Positions 13,801 to 26,277 are shown, counted from the stretch's first letter. The stretch: 64,000 nt of DNA from Basidiobolus meristosporus CBS 931.73 (GCA_002104905.1 MCFE01000471.1:1-64000); one strand, 5' to 3'. Notes: generated from the sequence alone by a model not told the origin. Program-made: numbers and translations.

Positions 13801-15042
13801 TCTCTGCTGCTACATTATCCATTCTCCACCTCATCTTGCTTGGTATGTGGAGAATATAGACCTTATGTCACCTTTTGGGAGCTTCCTATGGAGCAGATGT
13901 GTGGGAAGATAGGAAGCAAGTCTAGTTGCAGGAACTACCAAAGCCCAATCTAATGAAGAATTTTACCTTCCAGTCAATGATGGATGTGATGAGTTGATAA
14001 ATGGAGGACAGCCTGGAAGAGTTGGAAAGTAATGAGGACAGATGTGCAATTGGAGACACCTATGCCTTTGGAATTAAGAGGCTAAGCAGCCTCAAAGCAT
14101 GAATAATTGGCCAAGTAATGCAAAGTTGGGTTGGATGCAACAATAAGCTAATTTGTATTAGAAAGCTCTACCACAGTATGCCAGGTTTCTCTTGATTTCA
14201 AGCCAACTTCTACACTATTCAATATGGAAGTCACACAAGCAAGAGCCAGAGGGCACCTATAACAGGGACTAGAATCCAGCAGGGAGAAGGAATATATTGG
14301 TTAAATTCCAAATGGTTCTTTGCACATATTCCAGAGGTATTCATGGCAGAAGTGGCAAAAACTAAGCATATATTTGCAGGATATCTAAGTTACCAGCAGT
14401 ACAAGGTATATGGCAACTATGCAAGTATCACACTAAAAAGCTGCAAAGTAGAGGTGATAGAGGGGTGTTGATTGCAGCAGGTGCCTGCGTTTGTCAAGGT
14501 TGGTAAGCAGGAGGCCATAGCTTCTTTGATTCAAACTATATGTAGAATACCTAAGGTAGTAGTGGGTAAGAAAACAGGGAGGGGTGTTGCTACAGTGGAA
14601 TATGTGAGTTGCACAAGGGGAGGTAGAAAAAGGAAACATATTTGGTAAATTGGTATGATAGCATTGTACAGAACTAGCAGTGGGCTGTAATACTGCTATG
14701 ATAATGCCATCAGAGACTTGCAATGAGGCCCTCAAAGCACCTTCAAGTTTCTTGCCATATAAGGCAATTGGATGTACTGGCTGATTAGATCCATTTTAAA
14801 TAGTGCAGAGCACATTAAGATTGCAACAATGCCATGCAATAATTGCTACAGCACCAATTGAACCCTGTCAAGTTTTAACTTTACTTGGCAATAAAATTAG
14901 CTAAATGCTGTTGTGATCCCATCATAAGATTTTTAAGTGGGTCACTAGTTCCAGGCTGCTGGTATTATGGCAGTCTCCAAATGGCATCCTGACAGCTGAT
15001 CTGGATTGGATTCACCTGTAAGACCAAATATTTTTTATGGGG
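10811..15042 (+). mobile_element. CACTA/EnSpm-like element copy A, complete ends, inserted into copy C
   Basis: Left end CCCTATGAGAAATT, right end TTTTTTATGGGG; flanks AGTA (10807-10810) / TGTA (15043-15046). Removing 4 bp restores collinearity of the host with the homologous region of copy B. Degenerate transposase on + (~11990-14400). Confidence 0.85.
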
Positions 15043-15883
15043 TGTAGCATTCAGCAAGGCAAAAATGGAGTACAGATAAGAAGCACTTAGTCACAATAGC
15101 AGCAAAAGACTAGGCAGTCATTAAGGTAAAGGTAAGGTAAAAAGGTCTACCTAGGCCAGAGATTGGGAAGTATCAGAAAAAAACTGCAGCTCTCATCAAT
15201 CAATGCTGCCAGCCCAGAACAGGCTGAATCTCATCACTGCCAAGAAGAATTCTCAGCAAAAAAACAGCAGTTTTCACAAGAGTTGGAAGTGCAGTCAGTT
15301 AAGCTACACTCCAGTGAGGTAGATGAGTCTACAGAGAAAAGCAACTTGCTGACCACTGCCTTCTTGTTCTCCATTGTAGACAGAGTGTAGATTCTATCAA
15401 CAGTCACATCAACAATATCAAGAACTCAGAAGACTATCACAATGCCTATAATGGAATCTAAAACTTTAATAGGCTCACCAAGAAGTTGTAGGACTTCTTC
15501 AAGAGAAATGCTCAACAAAACACACTTGAATATGGCAAGGATTTATTGCAAGACCAGCAGATGATGTGTTAGTCCTTGCAGTGCTGGCTGAAGATCTGGA
15601 TGTATGGGACCAAGTGGACAGACAGTTGCATAAAGCCACTGGGTTCCTGCCAGAGTCATGGAATACAAGGTTTACTTCAGAAATACTTATTGAATAGTAG
15701 ATTCTTACTGAATTACTTGTTGAGTATGGGGTTAGGCTTAATACTGGTGCTGGATGTAGGGACTTGCATAGGTAAATACAATTGGTAATTGAAGTACAAC
15801 TGAAGCTTCAATGTAAATAAATCAATTCATATGCATGAAAAGTAAGAGAATTGGCTGAGTCAGGAAGTAAGGAGGGCAAAAAA
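15043..15883 (-). mobile_element. CACTA/EnSpm-like element copy C, segment 3 (accessory region and subterminal sequence)
   Basis: Inverted homolog of 17620-18480; continues 10810; interrupted at 15883 by the Copia-2 LTR. Confidence 0.8.
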
Positions 15884-16232
15884 TGCTGTTAGAGTCTTGG
15901 AGATATTTGATGTGATTTATGATGACAAGTAGATCATGTGGTTTTCACTTAATGATTCATTTTATGTGTAAGTAGTATTTATATTTTAGCATGGTCTTAG
16001 CATAACAAACATGTCAAGTAGGCTTAGGAAGGTCCTAAGAGCATGTGTGCAAAGGTTGGGGCTATTTGGACAACTTTGAGAATTTTCATGTTCTGCGTAC
16101 CTGGTATTTTGGTGAAATATTCCAACCAAGTCCTGACATGGAATTTTGACAGTATCCTCAAGGATTTGAGGTTAATGATCTAAGTAGCTAAGTTAGGTCA
16201 ATATTTAGGTGGAATTACTAACTTTTACAACA
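15884..16232 (-). repeat. Copia-2 3' LTR
   Basis: TGCTGTTAGAG...TTTTACAACA, homologous to 24636-24984 and 29707-30038. Confidence 0.88.
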
Positions 16233-17722
16233 CTCCCACTCAGCTAAATGTGCATACTGACTAGTCCTGATTTTGACCTGAGGTGTTCAAACTTGTCTCT
16301 AGTTAATGGTTTGGTAATATGTCTGCAATCATTTCATCTGAAGGACAGTATGCAAAGCTAATTATACTATTCTCTATAGCTTCACACATGAAAGGATATC
16401 TAATATCTGTGTGCTCAGTTATAGCATGAAACGTTGGACTTCTACCTAATTGTATACATCCTTGATTATCTTGCAATAAAGTAATAGGCATTTTTTGACA
16501 TAGGCCTAAATCTGTAAAAAGCTTTCTTAATCACATTGCTTCTTTTGTAGCTTCACAGGCAGCCATATACTTTGCCTCTGTGGTGGAATGTGCTACAGTT
16601 GGTTGCTTTCTAGAAGTCTGTGAAATTACTCCTTGACAGTAAGGAAAGGTGTATCCTGTGGTGAACCTTCTGTATTCTAAGTTTTTTCCCCAATCTGCAT
16701 CAGAATATCCTGTAAGATTTTGCTCTAATACCTTACTAGTATATCTTAAGCAGATATCAGCAGTTCCTTTCAGGTACCTAAAATTTGCTTAACTGCCATA
16801 TTATGATCAAGTCCATAGTTCTGATTATGTTAGCTGACAACTCTCACTGAATATGAGATATGTGGACATGTTCTAAGCATGATATACATCAGACTGCCAA
16901 TCATTGATTGCTAAAGAAACTCAGGGCTTTAGATGGCACCAAGCTCTCTTAGTTTAGTTGAGTTTTGACCAAGTTAAGGTTTGTCTCTGTTAAGGTAGTT
17001 GCCAGTTTACAGTCTTCTATTTGGTACTTCTTTAGCATATCTGGAATATACTTGGATTGGCTTAAGGTGATAGTCTGGGTACTTCTGTCTATGGAGAACT
17101 TCATCCCTAGGTAGTAACTGAGTTCTCCATAATTGGACATCTTGAACTCTTTTGAGAGGCTGAATTTAGACTCTTCCATTGTTTCTATGTTATTGGTGTC
17201 TATAATACAATCATTCACATATAGAGCTAATAGAATTGGATTTGACCTAACTGGCTTATAGTATATACAATAGTCAGCATTGCTCCTTTTGAAACCCAGA
17301 GATTCCAAATAAAAATCTATCTTGCAATTCCAGGCTCTTGGTGATTGTTTGAGACCCCCTATGAAAAATTATTGTAATGATCCCATCAAAAGGCCATCAC
17401 AAAGTCAAAGTCCCATGACTAAGAGGTGCTGATTCCATCAGGATTCCATCCATAGATTGTTAAAATAATTGCACCTCAGATTTCACAAAAACATAGTCAA
17501 AATTTTTCATCACAACAATACATTAGTGGCTTTTGATTGGCTCCTTGCCAATTGCTCACTTTCTGATCCCAGACACTCTTTCACCTTCTATGTTTGTGTG
17601 CATTGATTGGCTATTGCCTCTTTTTGGCACTCCTTACTTCCTGACTCAACTATTTTTCTTACTTTTCATACATATAAATTGATTTATTTCCATACAAACT
17701 TCAGTTGTACCACAATTGCCAA

Positions 17723-19369
17723 TTATATTGATCTATGCAAGTCCCTATACCCTCCACTAACACTAATTGCAACCCCACACTCAACAAGTAACTCCATTAA
17801 AATCCACCACTTAATTAGTATTTCTGCTGTAACTCTCTGGTTCCACAACTTTGGCAGGAACCCAGCAACTTTAAGCCAATATTCACTCACTGGTTCCCAC
17901 ATGTCCTGGTCTGAGGCAGGCACTGAAAGGGCTTGCACCTCATCTGCCAGTCTTTGCAATAAATCCTTGCAATATTCCAGTGTGTTTTCTTGAGCACTGC
18001 TCTTGAAGAAGTGCTGCAACCTCTTGGTGTGCCTATTAATGTTCCAAAAGTGCACTGAACGTATTGCAATAGTCTTTGAGCTCATGACATTGTAGCCTTG
18101 TCTGTCAGTAGGATCTCCACACTGTTGACAATGGAGGATCTGGAGGCTGTGATAGACAAGTTGCCTTTTTTTGCAAACTCATCTCCCTTGCTGGAGTGTA
18201 GCTTAGCTGCCTGCAATTCCAACTCTTGTCAAAGCAGCTTTTTCTTGTTGGTAATTCTTATTGGTTATGATGGGATTCAGTATGTTCTGGACTTGCAGCA
18301 TTAATTGGCAAAAACTGCATTTTTTGCATGCCTCCCTGTCTCGGCCTTGGTAGATACTTTTCATTTACCTTTTTCTTTATCACTCTCAGGTCTTTCACTT
18401 CTACTTTGTCTAAGTGCTTCTTGTAAAGAACTATGATTTCTCCTTGATGAATTCTGCTCTGATGCATCTGTTTTGGCCTGCTTGTCTCTTGCTGGCACAC
18501 TTCTGGCAACCTAGCATTTCTTTCCCACTTGTTTTGAGCTCATAACCATAGTTGTGACAGGCCCTGTAAAAGCTACTGGTTTATATCACTGCAAGATCCT
18601 TCACTGCTACTTGAACTGGGTGCTTCTTGAGTGATACTACACTTTTACCTTGATAAATGTTTTGCTGGTGCATCTGTGTCTGCCTACTTGTTCCTTATTG
18701 GCACTCTTGCAGCAACCTGACATCTCTTTGATGCTTGTCTGGAGCTTTTGGCCTTGCTTGTAATGGGCTCTTGAGAAAGCTGCTGGTTTTTGGGCATGCA
18801 CTCTTGTTCTTCTGCCTTTGATAGTTTCTGCTATTCTAGAGATACTTTCTTAGCATACCAATGCTGGCCCAAAATCCATTTGCCCATTTGAATCCAGGAT
18901 AATGCTCATATTACAAGTCAAGTGCATTCTGCTTGGCCTTGTGTTCCTGATGGTCCCATGGTATGCTGGCCTTAAGGTGGTGATGTGCTGGACTACTGAC
19001 AGCCCCTTGAATATTATCCCACTCTTCATTATTGCACTCAACAGCTTCACAGATCTTCATTGTCTTTTGATTTTTAGGCTTTGATATAAACACCACAATG
19101 TCTCCCTCCCACACTGTGATAGGTTTTTCTGTGGGCTTTATCTTTGGGTACTGTTGTTGTGCTTCAAAGACTGTATGGTGTTCCTCTGCTCCTATGTTGG
19201 GAAATGGCTCAATTCTTGGCTGCAACATTGAGCTACTTGAGTTCCTTCTTTGCAGCAAAGATACGCCTTTCTCTACCTGGGGTATTGATTGTCCAACTGT
19301 GCTTCTGTTGCTGTCAGCAGTGCGGTTTGGTTGGGAACCAGACAACTTTGCTTTATTTTTTGACAGCAT
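17723..19369 (-). pseudogene. Accessory ORF of the CACTA-like element (unknown protein), degenerate
   Basis: Fragments 18911-19369, 18258-18509, 17723-18085 have homologs in copy A (11326-11909) and copy C (10130-10810, 15050-15750) in the same relative position, divergent from the transposase. Confidence 0.6.
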
Positions 19370-19590
19370 ATGTATGGAAGTGAGTCAAACCAAAGGAGAA
19401 GAAGTTTTACATATATGTGTGTATGTGGTGCCTCAACTTTATTTATTATGCTTACTATGGGAAGTCATCACTGAATCTTACATTTGTGTAGGTGCAATGT
19501 TGCAAATACAAGACTGTCTTAAATTCATATGAGTATTGACAAAAAGTGATACAATAGCATTACATTGTTGAAGGTCAAACTATTTGCCCC

Positions 19591-21960
19591 ATGAACAAGA
19601 CTACCTTGATTCAATGTCATCAGAGAAGGGAAAAAAGACCATGTGGCTATTGTAGCAAGCCTCTCTGCCATGAAGCATGCAGACAGCATAGGAAGTATTA
19701 CAAGGATCACAGGGAGTGTTTTGCCACACAAGTCATATTTGACCATTCATTGGTCACTACTTTACCAACATTATCTTGCTTACCAGTTGATACTTCTATA
19801 TTGGCACCTGGCTGTCTTTGTCACCTTGCGCAAACTGAGTCAGGTGAGTTTGTGATGCCTTTAGGCTCACCTCAGCCTTCTGAATATGGCATGCAGAGCA
19901 ATAGCTCTGACAAAGAAGGTTCACTGATGAATTTTGAGCCTATCTCCCCCAACAACAGTACAATGTATGAGCCTGGTCAGATCCCAATATGCAATAAGAC
20001 AACACCAGTTGAAACAAATGCCAAGAATACTTTATTGAGCCAAGTGATCTCAGTAATCCATCTACTGGTGAACGATGTAATGTTGTGGCTAGTGAAGTGG
20101 CATGTTTCCACTAATATCAGTAATGGGGGCTTTGGGGATTTATTACCACTTCTGGCCAAAGTCATTCCAGGATGCAACTTACCATGTACATGGTACAAGT
20201 GGACAACTGTCATGTGGCTAGCAACATACGATCCAGAGACTGTCCTGATTCTGCATGGGTTAACAGTGCATGGCATTCACAACCAAAAATGCTACCATTG
20301 CAACATGTCCAAATTGTCATGAATCCACCACCATTGAGGGAAAACATTGTTCACACTCCAGTTATATTGCAATAATACTCTGTCTGAGGAAGCTAATGCA
20401 GTCCAACATGTATTGCAAAGCTATACAGTATTGCACTCAGTATAAATCAAGTGCAAACATATCCAATATATTTGATGGCAAACATTACAAACAGCTAAGA
20501 AGCAAGGGCTACTTTGATGGTATGTTTGACCATGCCTTTGCTTTAGCACTTGATGAATGCTCATTAAACTAGTATTCCACCAGCAAATCCTGCTGACCAC
20601 TGGTTCTCATCAACCTGAATCTGCCACCCATCTTACAATATCTGAGCCATAATCTGATGTTAGTCTCACTGGTATCTGAGCCTAAATCCCCGTCCAATCT
20701 GGATTGCTATCTGTATCCATTGCTGGATGAGTTTTGTATGCTTCTCATTGGGATAACAGTAAATAGCCATCATGTGAAAGTGCATATTATTATCTGCATT
20801 GGAAATACCCCAGCCATCAGCAAGATAGCAGGTTTTTCTGGGCACAATGAAAGGTGTTGCTGTTGAATGTGTGATGTCAAGGGGATTTACCCCATAACTC
20901 ACACATATTACTTTCACCCAAACATCAGGACCAAGAACCAAAAAAATCAGTTCAAGTTTTGGTAAACACAATACTAGCTAAACTCCCTATTCCTCTACAA
21001 CTCTTGTACCAAGACTTGTAGCAGATTTACTCCATAACTCACATGCATTATTATTGCCCAAACACCAGCACTGAGAACATCATCTTCCCTCAGAGAGAAT
21101 GTACAGAAGTCAGCATGCAATTGCAGCAAAGTTGGCAAGCTATAAGCCATTGGCCAGAATATGGAATCAATTGGACACTGGAGATAATCAAGATAGAGGG
21201 TATCTGTTGGGGCAAAAGCTTTCCACTGGGAGCAATGCATTTTCTTTTCAACAATATCCCAATACTGATGACCAGGTTGTACATGGGGCATTTCAAGCTG
21301 AATGAGTCCTTTAAGATACCAGATAAATTTGAAAGAATTGGTAAGGTATTACAGGGTATCTGCTACCCTAGGTGCTTCTCACAGGCTCTAATCAATATTT
21401 ATACGCATATGCAACAATACAAATGCAAAGACTGGATGAACTGGATATGTATTTATTCAAGTGGCATTCTGAAGCCATTCCTACCAAAAGTACATTGGAA
21501 GCATTGGGAGTCATATGTTGACAATGAAGGAGTATTTATCCAGAAGTGGATCACTGATGCCAACTTCATACATCTACAGCTGTTGTGTGAGGAGTTTGTC
21601 ACAGGATTTGAGTGGCTATACTATAAACATAAAGCTGAATGCATAGATCTCTGCTGCTACAGTATCCGTTCTCTACTCCATCTTGCATGGTGTTAGGAGA
21701 GTAGTGGGCCTTGCTTTACCTTTTGGGAGTTTCCTATGAAGCAGATGTGTGGGGAGCTAGGAAGACAAGTCAAATTGCATGCATTACCATATCCCAATCT
21801 CATCAAGAATACTACCTTCAAGTCTGTCATGGATGTGAGTTGGAAAATACTGAGGACAAATGTGCACATGGAGACATCTATGTATATGGCATTAAGAAGC
21901 TAAGCAGCCCCAATGCATGGGTAATCAGTTAAGCAATGCAAAGTTGGGTTGGGTACAGCA
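19591..21960 (+). pseudogene. Tnp2/Transposase_21-like transposase pseudogene of copy B
   Basis: CxN(S)C...CPNC zinc motif, NIFDGKHYKQL, FALALD, NLNLPP, YLYPLLDE, GNTPAISKIAGFSGH, and C-terminal SLLHLAWC...WEFPM motifs; multiple stops and frameshifts. Confidence 0.85.
20938..21023 (+). repeat. Fragment of the Gypsy LTR (3'/U5 end) inserted in the copy B transposase
   Basis: Matches the reverse complement of 1758-~1845 (...CTCCCTATTCCTCTACAACTCTTGTACCAAGACTTGTAGCA); flanked by an imperfect ~54-bp host duplication (20884-20937 / 21024-21077). Confidence 0.85.
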
Positions 21961-21971
21961 AGCAACCAATT

Positions 21972-22091
21972 TTTGCCAAGATTATGTAAAGGTATAAATA
22001 TCACTTTTACATCCAATAAATCATCAAGTGAAAACTATATAATCTACTTGTTCTCCAAGTCACTTCCAATATCTCCAGGACTCTTACAACA
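21972..22091 (+). repeat. 3' half of a Copia-2/3/4-family LTR embedded in copy B
   Basis: GCCAAG..ATGTAAA.GTATAAATA...GACTCTTACAACA matches 52625-52741; replaces several hundred bp present in copy A. Confidence 0.8.
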
Positions 22092-24635
22092 ATAAGATCA
22101 CTAAGAGGGTCACTAATTACAAGCTGCTGGTATTATAACAGTCTCTGTATGAGATCTTGACAGTAGATCTGGATTGGATCCACCTGTGAGACCAAATTAT
22201 ACTTCTTAGGGGACCATATAGAGATTTTCAAGTTTGTACCCTCATTGATGTGATGATTTGGCTATTACTTGTCTGATTGGATCTCCTGGCATTTGATACT
22301 GGAATGATCACTTCTTGGATATTCCTGGGCACTTATTCAGGCTGAGCCACAGCTGTAGGGTCCTCTGGAGTGAAAAAGATCTCATTGTTTTGCTCTGATC
22401 CAATCCTTACTACTGATGGACTTGAGATCACATTTTTGACATCATCTGATGTCAGTTTCTGTGAAAATTGGAATTACATCAATCAACATAACCTTAGACT
22501 TGGTCAGCATCTTTTCTTTGGTATTGTAGAGCTTGTATGCCTTACTCTCATTGCAGTAGCCCAAAAATCTGGATTTTACACTTTTTGGCTCAAATTTTGA
22601 CTGAATTCCAGGCAGTTTCTTGACATTTGCTGTACATCCAAATATTCTTAGATGCTCTGTACTTGGTCTGTATCAATATCATGCTTCAAGTGTGGTAAAA
22701 TTGCCAAGTACTCTGTTATAACTCCTATTATAAAGGTATACACCTATGGCAACTGATTACATCCAAAAATCACAAGATAATTGTTGATCATGGATCTTGC
22801 CATATGAATTGTTGATCTGTTTGCATATTCTGCTACTCCATTGTTTTGTGGGGAGTATGGTATACTAGTCTGTTGCTTTATCCCACAAATTTGCTAAAGT
22901 GAAGGAAGAGTTTTGAGGTATACTCTTCACCAATGTCAATGCATATCTTCTGGATTTTTTCACCAGTCTCACTCTCCACCATGGCATTAAACTCTCCAAG
23001 CTTAGACAGAGCTTCTTCCTTTCTCTCCATGAAGTAGACCCACATGTATCTTGTACAATTATCAATAATAGTGATCAAATACCTCACCCCACCTAAGGAT
23101 AAATTTTGCATAGTTCTGCACAGATCTGAGTGAATTAGATCTAATTTTTTCTTAATTTTGACTTACCCAGAGCTCTTGAACAGTTGTCTGGCTTGTTTCC
23201 CATATTTGCAAGCTTCACAGTGCTCTAAATTAGCTGGGGGATCAATTTTTACTCTGGAAATTAGCTGATATTTAACCATCTTGCGCAAATAATCAAAATT
23301 GATGTGCCCAAATCTCCTATGCCAAAGCATTGGTGTTTCTTCATTTAAGTTGCTTGTATTGGCTTCCAGATATGATGGAATTTTGGTCAACTTTTATAGA
23401 CTCTGATCTCTGATACCCAAAGCAATATGGGCACCATTTTGATCAGTGATCATGCATCCAGAATTGTCAAAGCAGAAACTGAGTCCTTCTGCTGGGGCCT
23501 TGCATATATATAGTAGGTTCTTGGCTATATCTGGTACACAGAGGACTTCTTTAAAGGTCAGTGTATGACTTCCTTCACTGCTTCTGAGGTTTACTTGGAT
23601 AATACCTTCTCCCACTGTATCAAGTGTTCTATTGTCACCCACAGGAACCTTCTTAACTGCATCAAGTGTTCTATTGTCACCCATGAAAACCTTCTTGAAT
23701 GAAATTTCTTGGTATTGGGTAAAAATTTCTCTTTGGTGTGTAAAGTTTTGAAATGCACCAGAGTCAATATAAAATGTCTGAGAATCCCTGCTTGTGGTCA
23801 TATTTAGTGCAGATATGAATAGTCTATCTTCAGATGTTGCAGTATGTCCCTATTTAGGCTTCTTTTGCTAATTATCTCTCTTTTTGAGATGCCGGCTTGA
23901 TGTGTGTCCAATCCTGCTGCAGTAGTTGAAAAACAGGTTGCTGTTGCCTTTGTAAGGACTTGGGTACCATCTTTGTTGGTTATTGATTCTTGTTAAAGCA
24001 TTTTCTTCTTCTTTCTTATTGACACTTAATTTTCTTAATTCTTCATCCAGTAGCCCTCTCTATACGTATTTTAAGGTTAAATTTTCAGTTCTGGACTCTA
24101 GGGCTGATAAAAGGCCCTGAAACTTGTCTGTCAGGCTATTCAGGATGGTTACTACCACATCCTCATCAGTAGTTGGTACACCCACAGATTTCATCTCATC
24201 TACCAGCAGGGTAATTCTGTTAATTAGATTTTCATTTCTTCTCCTGGCTGCATCTTTGTAGTAAAGAATATTTGTCCCAGATACATTCTCTTAGCAGCTG
24301 AACACAACTGGTAGGTGACCTCTAATGCCTTCTGGGCATTCTTTGCTGTTTTTGCTCTTGAGCATTGAATTAGCAATTTATCTTTAACATTAAGGCAAAT
24401 ACAGTTAAAGGCACTTTGCTCTTTCTTCTGATACTTTAATGCTTCCTCTCCCATGCTTGTAGGAGGGCATTCTTCTTGCATGTCAATATCCCAAAGACCT
24501 CTTTCTTTTAGCAGCATCATTGTCTTCACCTTCCACACTTGGTAGTTAGATCCATCCAACTTTTCAGCAGAGGGAAAAGTTCCAGCAATACCAGCAGCAG
24601 TCATTGCAGACAGTCAGAGCTTAGGGCCCATAATC

Positions 24636-24984
24636 TGCTGTAAGAGTCTTTGAGTTATTGGAAGTAAATGGTAGAACAAGTAAATTATATGGTTTTCACT
24701 TAGTGATTTGTTGAATGTAAAAGTAGTATTTATACTTTTACATGGTCTTGGCATTATAAACACAGTGAGTAGGCTAAGGAAGGTCCCAAGAGCATGTGTA
24801 CAAAGTTTGTGGCTCTTTGGACAACTTTAAGAATTTTTGTGTTATAGGTACCTGGTATTTTGGTGAAAATATTCTAAGTAAATCCCAACAAGGTATTTGG
24901 TCAGCATTCCCTAGGATTTGAAGTCAATGATCTAAGTGACTAAGTTAGGTGAATGTTTAGGTGGAATTACAATTCTTTACAATA
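24636..24984 (-). repeat. Copia-2 5' LTR
   Basis: TGCTGTAAGAG...CTTTACAATA, adjacent to the PBS-like sequence at 24624-24635. Confidence 0.88.
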
Positions 24985-25024
24985 TATAATGCCAGCTATA
25001 AGTCAGGTGAATACCAAGTTTGAG

Positions 25025-25037
25025 ATTTTTCATAGGG
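25025..25037 (-). repeat. Terminal inverted repeat of the CACTA-like family (possible left end of copy C)
   Basis: ATTTTTCATAGGG is the exact reverse complement of the copy B left end CCCTATGAAAAAT; the adjacent subterminal sequence matches only weakly. Confidence 0.5.
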
Positions 25038-26277
25038 AATGTAAAGCTTAGTGCATAGATCTCTGCTGTTACTGTATTCATTCTTGACTCCATCTTGCTT
25101 GGTGAGTAGAAAATAATGGGCCTTTTTTTGCCTTTTAGGGGGTTCCAATTGAGCCAATGGGTGACAAGATACAAAGACAAGTCAAATTGCAGGTACTACC
25201 ATATCCCAATCTTATCAAGAATATTACATATTGTAAAGTTTTGATTCCACCTAAATAGTCACCCAGCTTGGTCACTTGGATCATTACCTACAAACTCTAG
25301 AGAATACTGACCAAAATCCTTGTTGGGATTTATTTGGAACATTTTTACTAAATATCATGTACCCAAAACATGAAAACACTCAAAGTTGTCCAAACAGCCC
25401 CAAACTTTGCACACATGTTCTTGGGAACATCCTAAACCCATTCTAAGTGTCTGCTGTGCCAAGAAAATGTAAAAGTATAAATGCTGCTTTTACATTCAAT
25501 GAATCATTAAGTGAAAGCCACATAATATACTTGTTCTCTCAATCACTTCTAATATCTCTAAGACTCTTACAACAGAACTAAGGGTATTGCTGTCAGATGT
25601 GTGGGATCCAGGGAATTTACTCTATTACTCACGCAAATCATTGTTAACCAAATACAATCACTAAAAACATCAACTTGCTGCAGAGAGAACATACAGAAGT
25701 CAGCATGCAACTGCAGCAAAGTCTTTAAGCTATAAGCCATTGGCTGGAATATGGCAATAATCAAAAAGCAGAAATACTAAAGATAGAGGGAATCTGTTGG
25801 AGCAAAAGCTTTGCAATGGGAGCAATGCATTAGCTCTCCACAATATCCCTACACTAATGACCAAGATAAACATGGGGCATTTCAAGCTAAAAGAGCCCTT
25901 TGAGATACCAGAGAAGCATGAAAGAATTGGCAAGATTTTACCAAGTATCTGCTGCCCAAAGTACCTCTCACAAGCTCCAATCAATAATCATCCACATATG
26001 CAACAATGTAAATGCAAGAACTGGATGAACTGGATATGTATTTACTCAAGGGGCCTTCAGAAGCAATTTCTACCCAGAGTGCATTGGAAGGATTGTGAGT
26101 CATATGTGTCATTGTTGGAATAGTTATCCAGAAGTAGATCACCAATGCCAATTTGCCACATCTACAGCTTTTATGCAGGGAGTTTGTGATAGGATATGAA
26201 CAGCTTTACTACCAATATAAAGCTGAGTGCATAGATCTCTACTGTTGCTGTATCAATTCTTGACTCCATATTGCTTG
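25038..26277 (+). mobile_element. CACTA/EnSpm-like transposase fragments (copy D) split by a solo LTR
   Basis: 25038-25228 matches 21630-21830; 25575-26277 matches 13150-13850 (e.g. HMQQCKCKNWMNWICIYS). Confidence 0.75.
25229..25574 (+). repeat. Solo LTR of the Copia-2/3/4 family, no TSD
   Basis: TATTGTAAAG...GACTCTTACAACA homologous to 52411-52741; flanks TTACA vs GAACT differ. Confidence 0.85.

Larger units (their letters stand above)
17357..22211 (+). mobile_element. CACTA/EnSpm-like element copy B, complete ends, inserted in the Copia-2 RT
   Basis: Ends CCCTATGAAAAATT ... CTTCTTAGGG; exact 4-bp TSD GACC (17353-17356 / 22212-22215). Host reconstitutes GAGACC|ATATAG as in Copia-3 at 26841. 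Confidence 0.9.
15884..24984 (-). mobile_element. Copia-2: old Copia element of the same family as Copia-3/4, interrupted by CACTA-like copy B
   Basis: 349-bp LTRs at 15884-16232 and 24636-24984 (strongly diverged from each other), PBS-like GATTATGGGCCC, PPT-like AGTGGGAG. Degenerate gag-pol at 16300-17356 and 22212-24604 is homologous to 52746-56350. No matching TSD (AAAAA vs TATAA). Confidence 0.9.
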
